Counted from the first letter of the stretch, positions 17,676-25,996 are shown. The stretch is 35,042 nucleotides of DNA from an uncultured Candidatus Saccharibacteria bacterium (GCA_964653475.1 CAZZFI010000002.1:1-35042); one strand, 5' to 3'. Notes: generated by a model from the letters alone, not told the origin. Program-made: numbers and translations.

Positions 17676-18545
17676 CTATTTCTTCTGCAAAATGTGTTTA
17701 TAATAAACAGCAACTCCTTGCTCAATAAGTTCAGGCATCAAATATCCTGATATAGCGTTTCTTACAAACATATCAGGCAATATCTTGGTCAATAATTTGC
17801 CAAATACACCAAGTTTTATAAATGCCTTTGCTAATTTTTCAAAACGCTTCATTGTAGGTAGTACCTTACTGGAAAGATTCGTTTCTTCAATAATCATAAA
17901 ACCATTTTTTTTAATTATCGTTTGGAAGTCGGGTAGGTATTGAAAATCCTTAACAGCCATGCCAGTAGCTGTAAGTTTTCTTGCTTCTTCTTCTGCTTCA
18001 TCGAGGTTGGCAGGGTTCTTCCCATAATATCCGTCAAAAATAATAAAATACCCATCGGGTTTTAATACTCTTTTGACTTCTGATATTACTTTACTAACGT
18101 CATTGGCGTGGCATAGTGCTTCAATGATAAATACCAAATTAAAACTCGAATCATAGAACTTTTTTAAGTCGTGGTAATCGCCAAAATCAAACTTTGTATT
18201 ATTTAGTTTATAGAATTCCTTTTTAGGCCTAGTTGAATAATCGAGGGCAGTAAAATCGACGTTGATATATTGTTCAGCAAGATAGGTAGTATTTGCACCC
18301 TGTCCGCTGGCAAGTTCAAGAACCGAAAATCCATTTCTATTTCGAATATATTCACCAATTTGTATCAAAGGTTTCAATAAATCATCACTTCTATAGTGAC
18401 CATTATCGCTTAACCCCATATGCAAGAATCCTTGTCTATTATGGAATAGTCTGTATGCAATTTTATTGGTCTGATAATAATCTCGAACGACTTTTCCGCT
18501 GTTTGTTTCGGTTAAATATCTATCAGTATCAAGAACAGTTTTCAA
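17676..18545 (-). CDS. Class I SAM-dependent methyltransferase
   Basis: Motif I VLELASGQGANTTYL, an acidic post-I residue (ALDYS), and motif II-III region LKPDGYFIIFD. 289 aa with a TTG start. Confidence 0.8.
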   Translation of the reverse strand: MKTVLDTDRYLTETNSGKVVRDYYQTNKIAYRLFHNRQGFLHMGLSDNGHYRSDDLLKPLIQIGEYIRNRNGFSVLELASGQGANTTYLAEQYINVDFTALDYSTRPKKEFYKLNNTKFDFGDYHDLKKFYDSSFNLVFIIEALCHANDVSKVISEVKRVLKPDGYFIIFDGYYGKNPANLDEAEEEARKLTATGMAVKDFQYLPDFQTIIKKNGFMIIEETNLSSKVLPTMKRFEKLAKAFIKLGVFGKLLTKILPDMFVRNAISGYLMPELIEQGVAVYYKHILQKK

Positions 18546-19025
18546 AGTATTAAGTTTTTCTGTTAGTTTTGTGTTAATTGCAATAATTCTAGTGAATCAA
18601 GTATATGTGACTGAACCACAAATATCAATGAAAGTATGATTACGATCAAGAGTTACAATGAAAAGTAATACGAAACCAAAAGTAAAGTTATAGCGATTGC
18701 TTTGAGAATGCAGATCATTTTAGCATTCCGGACATAACTGTGAACGACAATAAATCAAACAGAATCGGGTTCGTGGATCTTTGGAGGGTATGAGCAATTG
18801 AACTTCTTATGGGGGCAATTGTTGGATGCTTTATTGAACTTTATCAATATCCACTAGCCTTTATTAATGGAATCTGCCGAAGGAATTTCAAGTAGAATGT
18901 GGAGAGCTGCTATGAAAAAGCTACTAGAGATGCTAATGGTACTACCAGGAAATTTATGTCCATTTTGTAAAGATATTAAATAATCATCTGATTTTAAGTT
19001 TGTGGTGGGAAATTCTCGAAATTAC

Positions 19026-19053
19026 TTGATTCCTTTTATAAAAGGATTATAGT
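19026..19053 (+). promoter_or_regulatory. Putative sigma70-type promoter of the heliorhodopsin gene
   Basis: -35 TTGATT (19026-19031), a 16-nt spacer and -10 TATAGT (19048-19053), about 28 nt upstream of the ATG. No obvious Shine-Dalgarno sequence. Confidence 0.3.
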
Positions 19054-19081
19054 TATATTATTAATACTTATTATTCACCCC

Positions 19082-19849
19082 ATGCAAGATAAGTTTAGAA
19101 AATTACGCAAGTTTAATTTATTTATGTCGCTGCTACATTTCCTTCAAGCTGTTGCGGTATTTATTTTGAGTGACGCAGAAAAGGGAGTTGTGCCAATTAC
19201 AGTAAATTTCTTAAAGTTTGACATAGATGTACAAAAACTTCTTCCTGCAACTGAACAAATAACAGAAGTGAATTTAGCTTGGTTTGTGATCATGTTCTTC
19301 ATGATGAGCTCTCTAGCGCATTTATTCATAGCGACTAGCTATAGAAAAACTTATGAAGATAACCTTCAAAAAGGAATTAATAAAGTGAGATGGTTCGAAT
19401 ACGCTTTGAGTGCGAGTGTAATGATGATTGCAATAAGTTTGCTCTCAGGTATCTATGATTTATCTAGTTTAATTATGATATTCACACTAGATGCATTGAT
19501 GAACTTACTAGGACTTGCAATGGAAGTTCATAACCCGGACAAAAATAAAGTGAATTGGCTAACCTACATCCTTGGCTGTATCGCAGGAATAGTTCCATGG
19601 TTAGTTTTTGGTATCTATGTTTTTGCAGCTAGAGAATATGGTGGTGGCGATATTCCGGATTTTGTTTATTGGATTTATGTTAGTATTTTCATCTTCTTCA
19701 ATAGTTTTGCAGTAAATATGTATTTACAATACAAACGGGTGGGGAAATGGTCAGATTATCTTTATGGAGAAAAAGTTTATATGATTTTGAGCTTAGTAGC
19801 AAAATCCTTGCTTGCTTGGCAAGTATTTGGAGGTACACTAAGACCCTGA
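19082..19849 (+). CDS. Heliorhodopsin (retinal-binding 7-TM photoreceptor, inverted topology)
   Basis: 255 aa with strong similarity to my recollection of HeR 48C12: LLHFLQ (His19), LAHLFI (His80), RWFEYALSASVMM (Glu106, counterion position), GCIAGIVPW, FFNSFAV..YLQYK..GKWSDYLYGEKVYMILSLVAKSLLAWQVFGGTLRP. The Schiff-base lysine is K241 (aaa, 19802-19804). The basic N-terminus MQDKFRKLRK fits a cytoplasmic N-terminus. Confidence 0.9.
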   Translation: MQDKFRKLRKFNLFMSLLHFLQAVAVFILSDAEKGVVPITVNFLKFDIDVQKLLPATEQITEVNLAWFVIMFFMMSSLAHLFIATSYRKTYEDNLQKGINKVRWFEYALSASVMMIAISLLSGIYDLSSLIMIFTLDALMNLLGLAMEVHNPDKNKVNWLTYILGCIAGIVPWLVFGIYVFAAREYGGGDIPDFVYWIYVSIFIFFNSFAVNMYLQYKRVGKWSDYLYGEKVYMILSLVAKSLLAWQVFGGTLRP

Positions 19850-19891
19850 TATCAATTATTTAATTAGATTAATCAATAAGTAAAGGAGCTT

Positions 19892-19900
19892 TGTTATAAT
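19892..19900 (+). promoter_or_regulatory. Putative extended -10 promoter element (TGnTATAAT)
   Basis: tgttataat lies 27 nt upstream of the ATG at 19927. This suggests the gene downstream of the heliorhodopsin has its own promoter. Confidence 0.35.
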
Positions 19901-19926
19901 CCCTCTATACATATTATTATATTAGT

Positions 19927-20448
19927 ATGAAAAATAAGAGAATAATTATTGTTATGTTATTTATCCTTTTACTTGTCATATTGGGTTTTGTTTTTTTTCT
20001 ATTTAATCAGAATGTGTCAACCGGAGATTCAGATAATAAGATGGACGAAAATGTTCCTTCTGCTACAGAGCGTCCAGATTTATTTGGTGAAGATTTGGAT
20101 GAAAATAAACACGATCTGAAACTCACCATAATTAGTCCAGAAGAAGAAACTTTCATCCCGAGACAAGCTAGATATTATAATGCTTTAGCAGAAGGTAATT
20201 ACAAGTGGTCAAATCAAGTAAAGTGTAAATGGGAGTTCTATTTGAATCAAAATAACGAAGAGGCACTTTACGAAACCATGGATAATTCTGGTATTTTATC
20301 AGGAGAGACTAAAGAGGTTTGTGGATTCACACCCACTTTCATTGAAGATGTGGGTGTCTTAAGAGTCAAACTGTCTATGACGGTTTATAATGCGGTGGAT
20401 GATAATTTAGAAACAGTCACGGCAGAGAGAATATACACTGTAAAGTAA
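19927..20448 (+). CDS. Membrane-anchored/secreted hypothetical protein
   Basis: 173 aa with an N-terminal hydrophobic anchor (IIIVMLFILLLVILGFVFFLF), then an acidic linker and a globular region containing two Cys. No recognisable family. Confidence 0.6.
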   Translation: MKNKRIIIVMLFILLLVILGFVFFLFNQNVSTGDSDNKMDENVPSATERPDLFGEDLDENKHDLKLTIISPEEETFIPRQARYYNALAEGNYKWSNQVKCKWEFYLNQNNEEALYETMDNSGILSGETKEVCGFTPTFIEDVGVLRVKLSMTVYNAVDDNLETVTAERIYTVK

Positions 20449-20510
20449 TTGAGTGTGTGAAACTTGAAGGTTCTGTTTTACAAAGGGATAAAAACGTAAA
20501 ATATGTTCAA

Positions 20511-20706
20511 ATTTCCCAGCGTTTGGATTTTTTAGTATCGGGATTGCCTGGATCTGGCAAAACACTTTAGCAAAGGATATAACAACTAAGCGAAATGCAG
20601 TACGTCTATGTGCGGATTAATGGATTTGCGAATTTGAGGATAAATCGGATATAAAAGTTTGGAACAATACAAATCGAGGACAATTATATTGGCGGGAGCT
20701 TTTTAG
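20511..20706 (+). pseudogene. Degraded paralog of the P-loop kinase at 90-593
   Basis: Reads ..LVSGLPGSGKTL* and, after a 1-nt frame change, LAKDITTKRNAVRLCAD*WICEFEDKSDI. This parallels GLPGSGKTTLAKRLEVERNGVRLCADEWIYDILEDKNDI in the intact gene. It has one frameshift and one in-frame TAA, and the C-terminal two-thirds is missing. Confidence 0.7.
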
Positions 20707-20730
20707 AATCAATATAAGTAGTTTAGTTAT

Positions 20731-20937
20731 TTATACAAGTATCTTCGCGCTATAATCTGCAATAAACTTTGCTGTTTTCCAATCTTTTCTAAAGGAATTG
20801 TTAGTAGTTGCATCAGAAGCAATATGCAGTTCATAACACAGCAACCTTTTTCCAAGATTTACTGTATTGGAATTGCTATCTGATTTAAGGTCATCAATTA
20901 ATTGTTGTGCTAAATTTATATCTGTGTCCAAGTCCAT
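20731..20937 (-). CDS. Hypothetical protein (68 aa), possibly the 3' part of a gene interrupted by an in-frame TAG
   Basis: The ORF has an ATG start. The upstream ORF ending at 20947 is in the same frame, separated only by TAG plus 3 codons. No family recognised. Confidence 0.3.
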   Translation of the reverse strand: MDLDTDINLAQQLIDDLKSDSNSNTVNLGKRLLCYELHIASDATTNNSFRKDWKTAKFIADYSAKILV

Positions 20938-21082
20938 TAAGGGTTGCTAGATGAAAGTGATTATTTGATGCAGATTTTTAATGGGGTGACTGGCCGGATA
21001 ATGTTTGAACATTTTTTCACAGAATTTCCAAATTATTTCATCTGAATGTAAAATTGTATCTATAACTTTATATTTGAGATCC

Positions 21083-21517
21083 ATGTCAGAGGCAGAACAT
21101 GTGCAAGTAAAAGTATCCGTTTTAGGTTTTCTGTCTGACGGAAACAAGATTTTATTCCAAAGAAGGTATAACACTGGTTGGGAAGATGGAAAGTACACGA
21201 TCCCCTCGGGACGAATACATGAAGGTGAGTTACCCATAGCTGCTATGATTCGTGAGCTTGAAGAAGAAATTGGGGTAACTGCTAAACCTAAAGATGTTGA
21301 ATTTGTATACTTCGACTATGTTCAAGATAAATATGTGAATATTTTCTTCAGAATTAATGCCTGGGAAGGCACACCTAAAATTATGGAGCATGATAAGTGT
21401 GATGAATTGAAGTGGATCGATTTAAATGATCTACCAGATAACCTAGTTGGTCGTGGGAAACAAATATTAGAAGACATACAGAAGGGCGTGAAATACGCTG
21501 AGTATGACGACTTCTAA
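21083..21517 (+). CDS. NUDIX hydrolase
   Basis: Nudix box GRIHEGELPIAAMIRELEEEIGV. ATG at 21083 (MSEAEHVQVKV...) is preferred over the track start at 21005, which overlaps the divergent ORF. Confidence 0.85.
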   Translation: MSEAEHVQVKVSVLGFLSDGNKILFQRRYNTGWEDGKYTIPSGRIHEGELPIAAMIRELEEEIGVTAKPKDVEFVYFDYVQDKYVNIFFRINAWEGTPKIMEHDKCDELKWIDLNDLPDNLVGRGKQILEDIQKGVKYAEYDDF

Positions 21518-21521
21518 CCAC

Positions 21522-21900
21522 TCATAAGACATCGAGGATTACACAGGATGAATATGACAAAAAACGAAAAGAGTGGACCTCCAAGAAACATGAAATAGAG
21601 TCTCGATTAAGTAGGATAAATAAAGCAGATGAAGAGTACTATATTACACCCTCCTACTTGCTTGAGCTAGCTTCAAGAAGTTATGAATTATTTATAGGTT
21701 CTGAACCTGAACAAAAAAGGCAGCTTATCACATTGACACTTCAGAACCTGAGCAAAAAAGGCAACTTATCACATTGACACTTCAGAACCTTGATATAAAA
21801 GATGGATTACTAAGCTATGAGTGGGTTAAAACCTTTGATAGTGTGTTCGTTCCGCTAAGGGTCACAACTGGGGTCAATGGTTGGATGCCGTTTGGAACTC
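21522..21900 (+). pseudogene. C-terminal remnant of a large serine recombinase (recombinase-family protein)
   Basis: Reads ...TQDEYDKKRKEWTSKKHEIESRLSRINKADEEYYITPSYLLELASRSYELFIGSEPEQKRQLITLTLQNL.. and then, after the duplication-induced frameshift, ..LTLQNLDIKDGLLSYEWVKTFDSVF. This pattern is typical of the C-terminal tail of large serine recombinases. No catalytic N-terminal domain is present. Confidence 0.6.
21703..21790 (+). repeat. 41-bp tandem duplication (2 full copies with 2 mismatches, plus a 6-nt partial third copy)
   Basis: Copy 1 (21703-21743) is gaacctgaAcaaaaaaggcaGcttatcacattgacacttca. Copy 2 (21744-21784) is gaacctgaGcaaaaaaggcaActtatcacattgacacttca. gaacct follows. The 41-nt period is not a multiple of 3. 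Confidence 0.9.
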
Positions 21901-21971
21901 CGTATTTATACGGTATCGTAAGGTTAGTAATTAGCATGTATAATTATATCGAGAAATTTTCAGGTGTAGAA

Positions 21972-22373
21972 ATGGATAATAAACCAAAATCAGTAGCGAT
22001 ATTAATAATTAATAAAAAAGGAGAAGTGTTGCAAATGCTGAGGGATGATAAGCCTACAATCCAGTATCCAAATACCTGGGTAAGCATAGGCGGACAAGTG
22101 GAAGCAGGAGAGTCCTTTGAAGAAGCAATAGTCCGTGAAGTATATGAAGAGCTCGAAATTCAGCTTGATTCGTTTGATTTATTCAAAATCTACGAGTGGC
22201 CTGAAAAAACAGAAGCGATTTTTATCGCACATTCAGATCTTGATCCTAGTTCGATCAATTTACATGAAGGTCAAAAGATTGAGTTTTTTTCAGAGGAAGA
22301 GTTACGCAAGTTGAAATTTGGATTTCATGACGAGGAAATTTTGAATGATTACTTTAGTCAACAAGATAAGTAG
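21972..22373 (+). CDS. NUDIX hydrolase
   Basis: Nudix box GGQVEAGESFEEAIVREVYEELEI. ATG at 21972 (MDNKPKSVAILI...) is the likely start. The track ORF from TTG 21774 fuses recombinase-remnant sequence onto it. Confidence 0.8.
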   Translation: MDNKPKSVAILIINKKGEVLQMLRDDKPTIQYPNTWVSIGGQVEAGESFEEAIVREVYEELEIQLDSFDLFKIYEWPEKTEAIFIAHSDLDPSSINLHEGQKIEFFSEEELRKLKFGFHDEEILNDYFSQQDK

Positions 22374-22583
22374 CCAGAATTCCAGGTATAAATATAAACT
22401 TTACTCTCATACTAAGAATCACACTGTGTCGTACAAACTAAAAATGAGATTTTGCGAAATTTAGGTACAAACGTTGTAACAACAAACCTTAAAATCGATT
22501 TTAGTAATAATCCTAGAAATCACAAACTTCTACTACAGCAAATAAGCTCTCGATAAAATGTAAATTACATGTGACTAGTCCCC

Positions 22584-23516
22584 TTATTCCCCAGATTTCA
22601 TTAATACTAAGTTGTGGGCAACTTCTCGCATTTGATCAACAGTAAAAGGGGTATAATATCCGATCTCCCTTATCCACGAAAATTCACCGAGATATTTGGG
22701 AAGATGGCCTACCACTTCACTATCATCATCCATCGCCTGTTTTGCCCTATCTATTTTTACTCCAGCTTCCGAAAAAGACATGCCTTGTTCATTTATAATT
22801 CTAACAATAAAAAGATAGTCCCTATACCTTTTATTCCTTTGACCCAATAAGGTTTTCAATAAAACCTCTGATTCTTCAGTACCAAGGGCTTTTTCAAGTA
22901 ATTTTCTTGCCCCCATTAATTCCCATGTTTTAGCAATTCCTTCCACAACTATTCCCTCTGCACCTTCTGATATACCAGAGGTTGATAAATCAGACTTTAT
23001 TTCGTCGGATACAAACTTTTGGAAGATTTCAATTCTCCTGTTTCGTTCATATAACTTCTCCTCTTTCAAAGAAGGTTCTTGTATAGAATTTCTCTCTGAT
23101 CTGCTGTAAGAAACTGAATATAAGTAATTTTCAAATAAATGCCCAAACTCATGAAATACAACCATTATAAGAGCCACATCTCTAAATTGTTCGTCATCAA
23201 TGTCTAATCCGCTTCGAATTCGGGCATCTTCTAGTTCCACAAAAAAACCCTCAACGCTTTGTTGAGTAATATGAAATTGTGGTCTCCATTCAAAACTTAA
23301 TCCATCTGTATAGAAATTCGATACTCCTTTCTTACTTACAGTAAGGGTATTGGCATTCACAGATCTTTCCTGCATATCATTTATGGCATCCAAAGACAGT
23401 ATTTCCTCCTTTAATGCAGTATCAACGGCTTCATAGAATGACTGTTGGACTCTGAGCATGAATCTTTTCTTATCATATTTGAGGGTAGTGTCACCCTCTT
23501 CTATATTCCTGCTCAA
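22584..23516 (-). CDS. Orphan putative zincin-type metallopeptidase (HExxH)
   Basis: 310-aa ORF with a TTG start. It contains IMVVFHEFGHLFENYLY (HEFGH), has no signal peptide or TM segment, and shows no other recognisable motifs. An in-frame 54-codon ATG-initiated segment (23693-23532) lies upstream, separated by a single TAA. Confidence 0.55.
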   Translation of the reverse strand: MSRNIEEGDTTLKYDKKRFMLRVQQSFYEAVDTALKEEILSLDAINDMQERSVNANTLTVSKKGVSNFYTDGLSFEWRPQFHITQQSVEGFFVELEDARIRSGLDIDDEQFRDVALIMVVFHEFGHLFENYLYSVSYSRSERNSIQEPSLKEEKLYERNRRIEIFQKFVSDEIKSDLSTSGISEGAEGIVVEGIAKTWELMGARKLLEKALGTEESEVLLKTLLGQRNKRYRDYLFIVRIINEQGMSFSEAGVKIDRAKQAMDDDSEVVGHLPKYLGEFSWIREIGYYTPFTVDQMREVAHNLVLMKSGE

Positions 23517-23816
23517 GGGATAACCAATTTATTGCAAATCTAATTCCACTTGCCTTTCATCCACTCCTAATAGTAATCCAGCCACTGCATTAGTCCTACA
23601 ACTTGCAAATTCCCGTGTATTATATTCTGCATACACATCTCCCGCTAAAGGTAACTGATTTTTAATTTTTTGTTCCTGCTCATTGTCAACCATATACGAA
23701 ATTCAATTGGTTACATTTCTGACTCCTTAAATATTAATCACAATTCTAACTAAAAACAATATCGAGTAGAACCCTAAGCGAAAAGAAAAGTTAAAGTTTG
23801 AAAGGATTAAAAGTAC

Positions 23817-23894
23817 TGGGGTGGCAAATGGGACTCGAACCCACGACCTCCTCTTCCACAGAGAGGCGCTCTAACCAACTGAGCTATTGCCACC
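23817..23894 (-). tRNA. tRNA-His (anticodon GUG) with genome-encoded G-1 and 3' CCA
   Basis: Minus-strand cloverleaf folded by hand: G(-1) GTGGCAA TA GCTC AGTTGGTTA GAGC G CCTCT CT-GTG-GA AGAGG AGGTC GTGGG TTCGAGT CCCAT TTGCCAC C CCA. The extra 5' G opposite C73 is the His identity element. Confidence 0.9.
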
Positions 23895-24105
23895 ATTCTG
23901 TGCTCGTTTCGTTCACAACGAAAATATGGTATTCCGCAATATTCTCTCGCTACGAATGCCAAGCAACGCTATATTATACCTTGTCTTATAAGAAATTCCT
24001 TCATTGAACTGCGGATTTTTAGTATTTTTTAAATACTTTGCCTTTTTATATCTAGTAAAATTCCCCTCCTTGAATGTTTAAAAATAACCTCCTTCCAACC
24101 GAGGA

Positions 24106-24462
24106 TTATCCAGCGTCAAACTCCATTGCAACCTTTATCAATTCTTTTAAGGCAGCATGGTCGATCTTCTCGCCCTCTCGCAAATCAATACTTCGGTGAT
24201 TTTTGGAGTCAAAGCCGGCGTTGAACAGTTTGGTTTTATTTGCAAACTCAGAACCATGAAAAAAGTTGAATTTCACATGAGTTTTGAATCCGCTTGCGGC
24301 ACAGATCATCCTTTTCCCAGTCCATATTGGAGTGTTCCATTTCCATTCTTCTTTCAGTTTGGGATTTACTCCCAACAAAAGCTTGTGGAAAAGCGAAACA
24401 AAGTCTGCCTGCCAAGTGCGAAGTTCAGCGACGTATTTATCAATTTGTTCCGATCCAGACAT
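24106..24462 (-). CDS. DUF1801 (YdhG-like) domain protein
   Basis: 118 aa. The pattern ..EEWKWNTPIWTGKRMICAASGFKTHVKFNFFHG.. is typical of DUF1801. Confidence 0.7.
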   Translation of the reverse strand: MSGSEQIDKYVAELRTWQADFVSLFHKLLLGVNPKLKEEWKWNTPIWTGKRMICAASGFKTHVKFNFFHGSEFANKTKLFNAGFDSKNHRSIDLREGEKIDHAALKELIKVAMEFDAG

Positions 24463-24501
24463 AATTTATTGATTAACAATCTATTATGCTATTTTTGAAC
24501 T

Positions 24502-25686
24502 TTAAATAAAAGTCAAAGCCTTTCCGATGTTGTTTGCTCTGCCTGTTCTACCGATTCTATGCACATAGTCGGTATAGTTTTCCGGAGCCTCAAAGTTGAT
24601 CACGTGTGAGACATTTGGAATGTCGAGTCCTCTAGCTGCGACATCTGTCGCTACAAGAATATTCACTCGTCCTTCTTTGAAACTAGATAGTGATCTTTGT
24701 CTTTGGTGCTGAGATTTATCACCGTGGATTGACTCTGCTTTAAATCCTCGATCGATGAGTTCGTTTGATAATCTGTGAACTCCTCTCTTTGTGCGACCAA
24801 AAATCAGAACTTTCTCGAAGTCTTCTTGGTTGAGTAAGTCGTGTAAAATCTCCATCTTGCTTTCCCCCGGATTTACTCTGATAACATCTTGATCGACATG
24901 ATCAGTAGTCTCTCTTGTTTTAACTGAGACAACAACTGGATCCTGAGAATGACTTTTGATCAAAGCCTCAATACGATCATCCAGAGTGGCTGAGAAAAAC
25001 AAAGATTGTCTAGACTGTGGTAGTTGTCCTAGTACATTTTTGATGTCTTCTACGAAACCCATATCAAACATACGATCTACTTCATCTAGAACAATGTTTG
25101 AGAAACTTGAAAAATTTAAAGCACGTCTTTTTGATAAATCAATCAAACGTCCAGGAGTACCGATAACAAAATGGTTGTTTTTTCGCAGTCTATATATCTG
25201 GTTGTTGATATTTGTTCCTCCGATACAAACTACATTCATGATGCCAAGTCGATAGCTTAAAGCTCGAAGATCCTCCTCGATTTGTACTGCTAGCTCTCTA
25301 GTAGGCGCGATAATCAGAACTTTCTCCTGTTTATTTTGAAACACTTTATTTAACATTGGAACCAAAAAGGCCAATGTTTTCCCTGTTCCTGTATTGGCAA
25401 TACCTATAAGGTCTTTCCCTTCTAGTAGATGGGGGATAGCTTGATCCTGAATCGGCATCGGTTTCTCAAATCCTTTCCAGTTCAAGTTCGCTTTTATTTC
25501 TGAGGTAATAGGGAAGTTCTGGAAAGTGTTTTTTGGTTCGTAAACCTCAGCTTCACCTGAAGTGCTTACTTTGTTAATAAAAAGACTCGGATTAATCCCT
25601 TTACTTGGTCTTCGTCTGTTACTTCGACGACCATTTTGGTAGCGATTACGGCCATGGCGAATTTGCCCAAAACGTTGTGTATACAT
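24502..25686 (-). CDS. DEAD-box ATP-dependent RNA helicase
   Basis: Q-motif region F..PMPIQ, motif I ANTGTGKT, Ia PTRELA, II DEVD (a DEAD variant), III SAT, V ATDVAARGLDI, VI HRIGRTGR. It has an Arg-rich N-terminal tail. Confidence 0.92.
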   Translation of the reverse strand: MYTQRFGQIRHGRNRYQNGRRSNRRRPSKGINPSLFINKVSTSGEAEVYEPKNTFQNFPITSEIKANLNWKGFEKPMPIQDQAIPHLLEGKDLIGIANTGTGKTLAFLVPMLNKVFQNKQEKVLIIAPTRELAVQIEEDLRALSYRLGIMNVVCIGGTNINNQIYRLRKNNHFVIGTPGRLIDLSKRRALNFSSFSNIVLDEVDRMFDMGFVEDIKNVLGQLPQSRQSLFFSATLDDRIEALIKSHSQDPVVVSVKTRETTDHVDQDVIRVNPGESKMEILHDLLNQEDFEKVLIFGRTKRGVHRLSNELIDRGFKAESIHGDKSQHQRQRSLSSFKEGRVNILVATDVAARGLDIPNVSHVINFEAPENYTDYVHRIGRTGRANNIGKALTFI

Positions 25687-25996
25687 TATATAAATGAAAA
25701 AAATTAATTAGCTCCAATAAGAATGAAACTAATTTCTGAGGAGACTGCTATTGCAGGAGTAGTATTACTTCTAAATCCTAAAAACCAGTTATCTATCTAA
25801 GTCGATTGGTTAAATTATTATATCATAGATGATTTTCCAGAAGCAGAGAATATTAATAAAGTATCTGTTACGCAGGAATAATCCCACTAAATGGATGTAT
25901 TCAGGGCGAACGTATTGTTTGCTATGTTTAAAATTAACTATTTTCAACATAAAATGTAGTGACTGGTATATAATCGATATGTATTAATAGTTTAAG

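Noticed and set aside
18546-19081. Small ORFs in the methyltransferase-heliorhodopsin spacer: MGAIVGCFIELYQYPLAFINGICRRNFK, MWRAAMKKLLEMLMVLPGNLCPFCKDIK, and a minus-strand 2-TM-like peptide split by TAA
   Set aside because: Each is under 30 codons and lies in a different frame with no RBS, motif or family support. They may be debris of a lost gene. They are not reported as features.
21867-21880. Possible att-like copy of the tRNA-His 3' end (actggggtcaatgg versus actggggtggcaaatgg at 23815-23831)
   Set aside because: Only an 8-nt exact core matches, which is expected by chance about once in a 35-kb window on two strands. The geometry would also place the recombinase remnant outside the putative element.
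23798-24007. 69-aa plus-strand ORF in the track
   Set aside because: It lies directly over the minus-strand tRNA-His gene (23817-23894), and its sequence is just the tRNA antisense plus AT-rich spacer. It is spurious.
24020-24050. AT-rich palindrome (agtattt aaa aaatact) downstream of the DUF1801 gene as a terminator
   Set aside because: The stem is entirely A/T, and such palindromes are common by chance in DNA this AT-rich. It is not convincing as an intrinsic terminator.
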